Position numbers and translations under genes: made by a program
Assembly (NCBI RefSeq): GCF_006345805.1
Contig: NC_043016.1
Location: forward strand, 28,148,001 to 28,212,000
From: Octopus sinensis
Taxonomy: Eukaryota
DNA length: 64,000 nt
Direction of reading: 5' to 3'
Shown: positions 37,347-46,889 of the stretch, piece after piece
Layout: each line of letters starts with the position of its first letter
Numbering within the stretch: position 1 is the stretch's first letter
The notes under the pieces: model-generated
Seen by the model: only the letters and a program-made list of their open reading frames with translations
The model's database searches: none
Told to the model about the DNA's origin: nothing

Positions 37347-39253
37347 CCGCGTTTCTCCGAAAATAAGCCCTACCATGATTTTTCAGGATGTTTTTAATAT
37401 AAGACCTACCCCCAAAATAAGATCTAGTCAAAAATGCATCAGCTTGTTAGCAAGACCTTGTGATGCTTGCAAAGTAAACCAACTACCACAGCTTGGCTAA
37501 AGTAGTTGACTCCCTTGTCCCCCAGGCAAAATAAGTGAAAAAAGAAAGAGTTATTCTGTGGAATACAAGAAAAGAATTTATGGAAGAGTCACATAACAAG
37601 AATCTTATGGCTTTATGTAAGGAGAAGATGTTGGATCTCCAATTGGTTCGAAAATGGCGAGAAGAGTACGATAATTTCAGCAGACAGATGGATGAGGGAA
37701 GTGCTAAGAAGCGCAAGTATAGATCAGGTGTTATGTGTTATTTCGTTCTAATGGGATAGACAACCAATATGAAGCCATTGTTATTGTTTTACGTGTTTAT
37801 TTACTTTTCATGTTACACGGACTGTCAACATTCAGCGTAGTGATACATTTATACTTTAGACACAGTTCGTACTGTTCTAACAAAATAGTGCCAAAAGTGG
37901 GGATGTATTCTACATACGTATACCTGCGTATACACATAGATATAAATGTGTAACATCAAGTCAACAACCGTTATTTTCGGAGCTGGAAGATACCACCTCA
38001 GGATAAATTGCTGACAGAAGCACTAAGGCTTTGGTTGTACACAAGGCTGATATTCAAGAATTTGCTCTTGCAATGGCACCACAGTTGGATATACCCTCAG
38101 AGATATTCATAGCATCACCTCATTGGTTGGAAAGCTTCCTTCGGTGATATGAGCTCTCTCTAAGAATATCGACAACACTGTTCAAGCTGTAGGATGCTGA
38201 AGTAATTCAACATGCACTTGCATTCAAGTCCTTCGTTGATTGCAACAACTTTTCTAAATGCAATCTCTCCAATATAATTGCTTTGGATGAGACTGCAGTA
38301 TTTATGGGCCAAGGGTCTAAAATGGCAATTGAACAGACAAGTGCTTCGTCAATCTACGTTGCCTCAACGGGTCACAAAAGTGCAAGAGTTACTTGTATTT
38401 TAGCAATTCGTGTTGATGGAACAAACATCCCACCACATCATCACAAAGGGCAAAAAAGAGAAACTAGAACGAGTTTCGGACATTTATGTCCTTGAAACAG
38501 AAAAGACTTGGTGCACACAAGCTGTTATAAGAAAATGGGTTAATTTAACTATACCACTTACTTTACATTGTTCTCAAAGACGTCTTTTAGTCTAGGATTC
38601 GGCCAGTACTCATCACGCAAAAGATATGAAAACCTTCCTTTCTGAAAGAAGAATTGACCACATGATGATTCCCGTGGGAATAGCTTCATATCTATAAACT
38701 TTAGATCTTGTAATAAACAAGTCCGTCAAAGATTATCTGCGGATGGAAGTGAATGAATATATCGAACCTAGAATGGAGAGAAATCAGCGTGGAAAATTTG
38801 TCAAACCCAATCTCCAAGAAGTCGTGAATTGGGTGAAACAGTCATGGAATAAAATTACCGTCAGTTGCGTTGCCAATACACTACGAGCAGGGTACTTGGA
38901 CAAAAAGTGTTCATTTAAGGAAAGCTATATTGCCAAACATGAGAGATTGGGTCCATGATTCTACAGGAAATGGATTTGCAAGAAATACAGTCTGAAGTTC
39001 GGGGTTTAATGATTTATAACGATGTTCCAGAAGATGACGAAATGTTTATTCTCTCTTTACTCTTTTACTCTTTTACTTGTTCCAGTCATTTGACTGCGGC
39101 CATGCTGGAGCACCGCCTTTAGTCGAGCAAATCGACCCCGGGACTTATTCTTTGTAGCCCAGTACTTATTCTATCGGTCTCATTTGCCGCTAAGTGACGG
39201 GGACGTAAGCACACCAGCATCGGTTGTCAAGCAATGCTAAGGGGACAACACAG

Positions 39254-39322
<69 letters not shown>

Positions 39323-39719
39323 ATATATATACGATGGGCTTCTTTCAGTTTCCGTCTACCAAATCCACTCACAAGGCATTGGTCGGCCCGGAGCTATAGC
39401 AGAAGACACTTGCCCAAGATGCCACGCAGTGAGACTGAACCCGGAACCATGTGGTTGGTTAGCAAGCTACTTACCACACAGCCACTCCTGCGCCTATTCT
39501 TGACTAAAAATAATAAGCAAATAAATAAACATTTGGTAACTAAAAACATGGGTTTCCATTTTACAATTTTTTTCCCGTTTACACGAGGACATGAGGCTTT
39601 TTTTGTTCGCCTTGGATTTTTTTTTTTTTTCGCAAAAATATGACATCTCCCGAAAATAAGCCCTAGTGCGTTTTTTGGATGCAAAATGAACATAAGACCG
39701 GGTCTCGCGAGAAACACGG
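37347..39719 (+). mobile_element. Full-length pogo-family DNA transposon with a pseudogenised, probably intron-containing transposase
   Basis: TIRs ccg(c/t)gtttctc with TA TSD. Peptides VRKWR..., KRKYRSG|(G)QQPLFSELED, IIALDETAV, STGHKSARVTCILAI..DGT, DSASTHHAK, TLDLVINK, KPNLQEVVNWVKQSW. Confidence 0.88.
39052..39494 (-). mobile_element. Full-length CORE-type SINE inserted in the pogo element
   Basis: Head aggcgcaggagtggctgtgtggtaag (minus strand); tattct on both flanks. Confidence 0.92.
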
Positions 39720-39734
39720 TACACACTGATACGA

Positions 39735-40015
39735 ATCCAGATAAAAAAAAGAGTCACAAGTAAAAAAAAAAACGTCGCAGATAAAAAAAAGTTATGGAAA
39801 AAAAAAAAAAACAAGAAAAAAAGTCACAAAGGGTGGAAGGTATTGTCCGAGGGAGTTTTGTCCGGATCCCATAAATAAATTGTGACTTTTTTCCTGTGAC
39901 TTTATTTCCGGCCACCATAAATTGATTGTGACTTTTTTTTCTAGTCAAAATTGTGACTTTATTACTGTAACTTTTCTCCTGCGACTTTATTACCTGTTAC
40001 TACTAATACACATCA
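39735..40015. repeat. Foldback-like repeat of TGTGACTTT / AAAGTCACA modules
   Basis: A-rich agtcaca modules at 39745-39830 and inverted tgtgacttt modules at 39880-40000. Confidence 0.6.
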
Positions 40016-40734
40016 CGGAATGAAACTTGAAATTTAGAAGAAAGAAAGAAAAATATGATGTGTGTCAGTATTTAAGTGAGCAAGCCCACCAATTGTTTTT
40101 CATATAATTGTATTCTACGCCATCTAAAAGGTATTTGTAGAAAATTTCATGAAGAAAAAATCCATTTTTCTGGAAGTTATGAAGAAACAAAGCTAACCTC
40201 GGGAGAAATTATTTTTTATAACAAATCACAATATAAAAAGAATCTGCACCGTCTGAACCATCTTTGTTAAACATTTCATTCAAACATATCCATTTTTCTA
40301 GATGTTATGAGGAAACAAAGTCAGCGAGAGCACACATCATGTGTAGGTATGCCTGTGTGTGTTGTGTTGTGTTTGCAGAAAACTAAATAAAATATATTTA
40401 AAATAAATGTATTTAGCGCAATATTAAAATATTACCTATCCATTAGAAGTCTTTGAGAAAGACAACCTAAATAAAAAGGAATCATTTATTTTTCTGAAAA
40501 TTCCTCCAACGACTTTTTGAATTTAAACTGATAAATTTGACATGTGAATCTCCTTATCCACATTGAATAAGAACAGCAAATTCCCATTAACTTCATTGAC
40601 CAGGTGTCGCTTTAAATTTAAAATGTTAACCATTTTGTCGTAGTTAATAAAACGACCGGTATCGAACTATCATTAACTGTCAAACTATAATACAAAAACA
40701 TTGATGACAGAAATAAATGTAGGTGTGGCCAGCG

Positions 40735-40832
40735 GCAAGTTATTTAAAGCAGTGCTCAGGCATGCGCCAGTATAGCACACCAGAATTCTACCAGAGCCTC
40801 TGTTTCCCTAACCCACAAGACGAGACGAGAAG
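40735..40832 (+). promoter_or_regulatory. Putative core promoter/5'UTR of the membrane-protein gene
   Basis: TATA-like TATTTAAAG at about 40741, some 90 bp upstream of the ATG, in locally GC-enriched sequence. Confidence 0.4.
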
Positions 40833-40973
40833 ATGTCTATCATTGTGGTCCTAATAATTTTGTTACCTTTATTTCTTATTCCTCTAAAAATATGGTTGTT
40901 GGTTGATGCGATTATCGAACTGTCTTTAGGTGCAGTTGCTTTATTAATTCCGGAACTGTTCCTTAGGATACAG
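40833..40973 (+). CDS. Coding exon 1 of an unnamed multi-pass membrane protein
   Basis: aagATGT start; 47 codons MSIIVVLIILLPLFLIPLKIWLLVDAIIELSLGAVALLIPELFLRIQ; CAG|GTTAGT donor, phase 0. Confidence 0.8.
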
Positions 40974-41080
40974 GTTAGTAATTACAAAAATGCTACCAAT
41001 GATTCTTCAAAAACTTTTTGTTAATATTTATCTGTGAAACTAATAACTTCCTTTTATTTTATTTATTATTTTTTTTTTTA

Positions 41081-41917
41081 GGATCTTTTCGGTTTGAACG
41101 GCAGTTTTTTCTAGCGGTGTCATATGAAATTGTCACCCATAATTATGACCCTAGTATCGATCTATTGCATTCCAATCTGTTTTAGGGTTAGGGTTAGTGG
41201 CGATCTTTCGTCTCTAGTAGACCTTTCCGTCGAATTCCGTAAAAAAAAATTTTTTTTTTACATATGGGCTTGCGGGAACTTTTGAAGTAATATACATACA
41301 TATACACATACACCGAGTAAAAAATTTCAGTTATCTCTTTCTTTCACACATTACTCTGTCTCTTCACACACACTAACAAAAGCACTTCACTTACACAACA
41401 TACTTTCTGTCTCCCACACCCCATCAAACACACACACATGTACATCAATGCTTCCCCTGGACGGTAACTTCAAAAGAACTTCCCTCGTCATACAATCGCT
41501 TTCTCTTAGTCTCTTTCGCTCTTATTACTTCAAAAGTTCCCGCAAGCCCATATGTAAAAAAAAAAAAAATTTTACGGAAATCGACGGAAAGGTCTACTAG
41601 AGACGAAAGATTGCCGGGTTAGTTAGGGTTGGGAGTGGGGAGAAGGGTATCTTTTTTTCTTCACAAATGTAAATAAACCCAATTTGTTTCTTAAACGAGG
41701 GACATATTCGTACGGTACAGAATGTTTTCACCTCAATGGACGGTCATTGATTGGTTGAAATTGCCGAAATGCAAGAAATTAAAGACCAAATATCTTACAA
41801 ACTATAGAATTTTCTCAATAAAGCCAAGAGAAAAAGATGTTTTATAAACACATTCTACCAGTATACGAAGTTACACAGAAATTATGTTAAAAACTGCCGT
41901 TCAAACCTAAAAGATCC
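41081..41917. mobile_element. MITE family B copy, opposite orientation to 22241, carrying a nested MITE
   Basis: TIRs ggatcttttcggtttgaacggcag / ctgccgttcaaacctaaaagatcc; T-rich 8-9 bp TSD. Confidence 0.9.
41199..41615. mobile_element. Nested MITE with about 90-bp TIRs (Merlin- or MULE-like)
   Basis: TIR ggcgatctttcgtctctagtagacctttccgtcg...; exact 8-bp TSD GGGTTAGT (41191-98 / 41616-23). Confidence 0.9.
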
Positions 41918-42208
41918 TTTTTTTTATTGTGAATAACATGTTGAAACTTTCTTCGAGTTATTTATGTTCCAAAGAAGCTTACCTGGGAATTATGTTATTC
42001 TTAAGACTCACCTTCATTTTGAAAATGAAAGAAAATCTTCTTGATACAATAAAGATGGTAAATTAGTTTTTATATAATTTTTCTTTGTTACAAAGATTGA
42101 AGTACCCTTCCACATGTAAAATGCCTGTTCTAAATATCTATCCGTAATGAAGCTGATATGAATTTGTTTTTATTCAATGTAAATAAGGAGATTCACATAT
42201 CAAATTTA

Positions 42209-42828
42209 GGAACTTTTCCTTTTGAACGGCAGATGTCAACACAATTTCTAGTTAACTAAACACTTTTAAACTTCGTATACTGGTAGAATGTGTTTATAAA
42301 ACATCATTTTCTCTTGATTTTATTGAGAAAATTCTATGGTTTGTAAGCTATTTCGTCTGAAAATCCGAGCATTTCGGCAATTTTAACCAATCGATTACCT
42401 CCATTCAACTAAAATCATTTGCTGCGTCTAAAACTGAGACATCCTGTAACTAACCCTAAACCTCCCCCCTAACCTTAATTTTTTTTTCTTAATTGTTAAA
42501 TTAATTTAATTCCATTGCTTTAGTTTTTTTTTTTACACGCGTAACAATTAAATTAATTTAACAATTAAGAAAAAAAAATTAGGGTTGGGGGGAGGTTTAG
42601 GGTTAGTTACAGGATGTTGTCTCAGTTTTAGACGCAGCAAATGATTTTAGCTCAAAAGAGAGCTTGGTTAAAATTCGAAAAATTAAACTACGTTAAACAA
42701 ACAAATTACAGTTTCCTCAAGAAAGCCAAGAGAAAAAAATGTTTTATTTTGACACATTCTACCAGTATACGAAGTTTTAAAGTGTTTAGTTAACTAGAAA
42801 TTGTCTGCCGTTCAAAAGGAAAAGATCC
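42209..42828. mobile_element. Foldback variant of MITE family B (nearly whole-length palindrome)
   Basis: Arms of about 280 bp are mutual reverse complements; TSD caaattta / caaatgga. Confidence 0.85.
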
Positions 42829-43236
42829 CAAATGGATTTATCGTTAATACCTTCACGGTAATCTTATTTGAAGCCTAAAATGTTCGGGACGTGTTTATAT
42901 CGGAATTATATGTAAATAATAGGATTTCCAGTTCAAATTTTGTGCGTTCCAATATTCTAATGTAGTAAATAATAGCCATTTCGAAAATCTATATACGGAC
43001 ATTTATTGCAAATATACACAGATATAAGTAAAAATTAAACTGAATATTGTGCCCTACAACCGAAAAGAAGTGCAGGCATATATATTCTCCCACACGCACA
43101 TAAAAGTTGCCCATAACTCAAGGAAAAACGCACTCTAAAAGAATTTTTGACTATTTATATTTCTATATTGTCGAGTATGCTACGAAATTCGGGCTACTTT
43201 TTCGTGCACCACACTGTAAATTCTTGGTTATAAACC

Positions 43237-43613
43237 AGGGCGGCGAGCTGGCAGAAACGTTAGCATGCCGGGCGAAATGCTTTGCCGAGGACGACTTTGC
43301 CTTTCATCTTTTCGGAGTCGATTAAATAAGTACCAGTTACGCACTGGGGTCGATATAATCGACTTAATCCGTTTGTCTGTCCTTGTTTGTCCTCTCAGTG
43401 TTTAGCCCCTTGTGGGTAGTAAAGAAATAGGTATTTCGTCTGCCGTTACGTTGTGAGTTCAAATTCCGCCGAAGTCGACTTTGCCTTTCATCTTTTCAGG
43501 GTCGATTAAATAAGTACCAGTTACGCACTGGGATCGATATAATTGACTTAATCCGTTTGTCTGTTCTTGTTTGTCCTCTCTGTGTTTAGCCCCTTGTGGG
43601 TAGTAAAGAAATA
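43237..43613 (+). mobile_element. Nin-domain-type tRNA SINE with an internal tandem duplication
   Basis: ggcggcgagctggcagaa head; gactttgcctttcatcttttc.gggtcgattaaataagtaccag body occurs twice (about 43290 and 43475). Confidence 0.8.
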
Positions 43614-44319
43614 GGGCTGGTCCCAGGGTTGCTGGTGCCCCTGGCAAGCTGAACTTCGGCGTGTACAAGGTGACGGTCGTGAAAAATTCCTTGTCTTTGT
43701 TACGCTCTCCTTGGTGCCCTAAGGGACTGCCCAAGTTGCCGGTCCTGCTTATAACCGGTCAGAAAGTTACCATTGGTTTCGTGTCTGCTATTGCACAGAC
43801 GCAATAGTAAGTATACACGGTAAATTTTTACAAGTACATCCCCACCACCACGCGGTTCTCTATGTAAAAATTTACTGCGTATTCTTGGTTATGGCATAAC
43901 CGGTCGGAAAGTTAACAGGGGTTTCGCGTCTGTACTATAGTAGATGCAAAACCAGTGGTAACTTTGTGACTGGCTATAACAAGAACCTACAATGATATTA
44001 CATTATGAATGAGAAAGGAAAGGTGATAGATGAATAAGTAACGGGCGATGGCAAACTGAAAGTGCGAGCGTTTTAACTCTGTGAGTATGTGTATATGTAA
44101 AAGGGGAGGTGTGTGTGTGTAAAAGAAGTGGGATGGTGAACATTCAACGCTGAAAAGAAAAATCAGCGTTTCAACTATGTGTGTGTGTGTGTACAAGGGG
44201 AAGTGTGTGAATATATGTGTGAATTGGCGTTCTTTCAATAACAAACTATAGTCGATGTCACATCTCAAAAGACAACCACTAGATAACATTGACAGGTGTA
44301 TTAATTTGATTTACCATCC

Positions 44320-44650
44320 ATATTTATATATTGGTTGGCATCCTTTTTGTCTCGGGAGACAATGGAGTTGCGCATAAAATAGTCTTGTCCGGCTTTTACA
44401 TTTCATGTCCTGATACACTTCCTGCTGTGGCTGTGTAGTCCTATCCTGGACAAACACTCCCTCTGGCAGGTACCGCAAATGTAGCGAAGACTGTTCCTGG
44501 CTGGTTGTAATGTCATAGTTTCTTGTCTTTTCTTGTCTTTCCATTTCTCCCCTCTCTCTCTTTGTCACTCCTTTGTATTCCCTCTTTTACTGTACGTCGC
44601 CAATCTCCACGGTTGCTGGCAATTGCTTCCCAACCGCTAATATTGATGTT
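44320..44650 (-). mobile_element. RTE (BovB-like) LINE 3' fragment
   Basis: INISGWEAIASNRGDWRRTVKEG... followed by a degenerate C2H2-like tail. Confidence 0.7.
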
Positions 44651-44957
44651 GATATTTAAATATAAAACACTACAATTAGCCGTCATTTTTGACGGCACGG
44701 AGTATGTATATATATATAAACCAGCACGAAATTTTGTCAGTGAACAGGTTGCGGTCTCAAAGCGACGAAAATATTTTGACAAATTAAATTTAAATGTTGA
44801 AGTGAATCTAACGGTTTTGTGTGTTTCTTAAATGGCTTATAAACACCTTCCACGCTGCAATTGTTTTCGTTCCAGCACACGATCTCAGATCAAGTCACTC
44901 GCTATGCAAGTACATCACCGTTATATATATATATAATATATAATATATATATATATA

Positions 44958-45150
44958 AAGGGAAATTTACGAAAATAAACAAAAGACGAAGGCAGGTGGA
45001 GTACAAACAAACAAATGTATTAGTATAGCGCTCAGGAATAGAAAAAATCTTTTACGTTTCGAGCCTACGCTCTTCGACAGAAAGATACACAGAAAAAAAC
45101 GAGAGAAAAAATGCGTGTAGTAGCTAACGATCTATCATGGCGTCCTGACT
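44958..45150 (-). mobile_element. Short Penelope-type derivative carrying a minimal hammerhead-like motif, embedded in (TA)n
   Basis: Minus strand TCTTT-CTGTCGA-A-GAGC GTAG GCTC-GAAACGTA-AAAGA at 45048-45085; (TA)n on both sides. Confidence 0.6.
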
Positions 45151-45154
45151 TCGG

Positions 45155-45214
<60 letters not shown>

Positions 45215-45215
<1 letters not shown>

Positions 45216-45602
45216 TGGGTTGTCCGGAAAGTTCGTGCCGATTTATAGTAGCTTACCTTTCGACTTATTTTAGAAAATGGCTGAGTCCATAAAACAGGAT
45301 TTGACTACACCTCCATTTAGAGCACAGTTTAAGCTATCTTTCCGTGGAAGAAGGTATATATGTTCCTATAAACTGTGTTAATTCTGTAACCCTTTAAAAT
45401 GAAAGATAAGAAAGTTCCTTTTCGGCACTTGATGCTTTGGGAACCAGACAAAAATTGCTGTAGCTCGGCTGGGAAGTGTTACCCCCACCGTCCATATTCA
45501 CCGTCCATATTCGGATTGCCACTTATTCAGGTCTCTGCAGAATAGTCTTAATTGTAAAAATTTTAATTCCTTGGATGACGTAAAAAGATATCTTGATGAA
45601 TC
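45215..45602 (+). mobile_element. Mariner deletion derivative, left part (target of the Gypsy insertion)
   Basis: TA|ctgggttgtccggaaag terminus; HPPYSP...YHLFRSLQNSLNCKNFNSLDDVKRYLDE. Confidence 0.8.
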
Positions 45603-46406
45603 TGTAGTGATGCTACAGTGTAGGGTTCGGCGCGCATGCGCAGAATGGGACTACTTCCGGGTGGCCACCGGAAGTCTTCCCCATGCGCATGTGCGGGAAA
45701 ACATCTCTCGAGCCCGCGAACCTCAAATCGCTCTCTTCGGCTCAAGACAGCACTGCGATCGGTCACGGTTTTCCTGGCTCTGACAGCCACACACCAACTT
45801 CAACCAACTTCAACCACCTCAACGACCAACACCAGCAGTATATCAGAGGCTGTCTATTCCCCCATCAGACAACGTACAACCATGAATCAATAACCAAGTT
45901 GTCTGTTCACCTTTAACCTGAGTTTCGTCTGTTTGTTTTCTACAAGAATTTTTGTACGTGACTAGAAAGGATCTCGACACCCTGCCAGTGCTTCGATGAT
46001 AGATCCTTTCACGTTACAATTGGTGACCCCTAGTTGAGAAAAAGAACAGGATAGAAGAAGACACAGCGAACAGGTTTTTTTTTTGGGCCGAAGAGCGCGG
46101 AAATTCACATTTATTTTCCTATTTTCTCCTTTTCAGCACGGCGAGGTGGGTAAAATAGCCTTATTCATCGCACACAGTACAAAAAAAAAAAAAAAAAAAA
46201 CAAAGAAAAGAAAACACACACACATTCATTTTTTTTTTTCCTTTTCTGTATTTTGTTTTCCTTGTACACACCTATTCCTTTTTTTGCTACCCACGAGGTG
46301 CACACACAAACACAATTTTGAATTGCCTTCTCGGTTCCACGTGTTCTCTCTCCACTTCTAGACCATACCTTCTGCCCCCTTCTCACAGATTCCTTCCGAC
46401 AAAGGC

Positions 46407-46889
46407 ATGGCTTCAGGTTTGCCTTCATTTACGGGGGATATGGGCCTGTGGTTTGCCCAAGTGGAGTGGTATTTTGTTGCACATGCCATTTCTCCACAGC
46501 AGCAGTTGCACCTGCTATATTCCGGCTTACATCCCCGACTCGCCGCATCGATCAGGGATCTAATAATAAGTCCCCACCCGGATGCCACATACGCGTCTGT
46601 GAAAGCAGAAATCCTCCGCCGCAACACACGTTCGGGGGAGAGCAATATTCAGATTGCCACGATGGCCGATGGAATACTGGAATTTCCGAATCCATCTCCA
46701 TCGCGAGGCCTCTGTGCATGTATAGGGGGCCCTGCGCAAATTTCACTAGCCGAGCGGATTGATGCGCTCACGCGGCGAATCGACGATCTATCCCGTGCGA
46801 TCGAGCGCCGACAACGCAGTCGTAGTCGCTCTACCAAAAGGGCAGATCGGTGTACCCAGCCGTGCACTTTCAAGCCCTCGGAAAACTAA
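46407..46889 (+). CDS. CsRn1-like gag, shortened
   Basis: LPSFTGDMGLWFAQVEWYF...YASVKAEILRR...MADGILE...CTQPC. Confidence 0.8.
   Translation: MASGLPSFTGDMGLWFAQVEWYFVAHAISPQQQLHLLYSGLHPRLAASIRDLIISPHPDATYASVKAEILRRNTRSGESNIQIATMADGILEFPNPSPSRGLCACIGGPAQISLAERIDALTRRIDDLSRAIERRQRSRSRSTKRADRCTQPCTFKPSEN

Noticed and set aside
45563-45916. ORFs duplicated at 45563-45916 and 50067-50574
   Set aside because: They are simply translations of the two LTR copies
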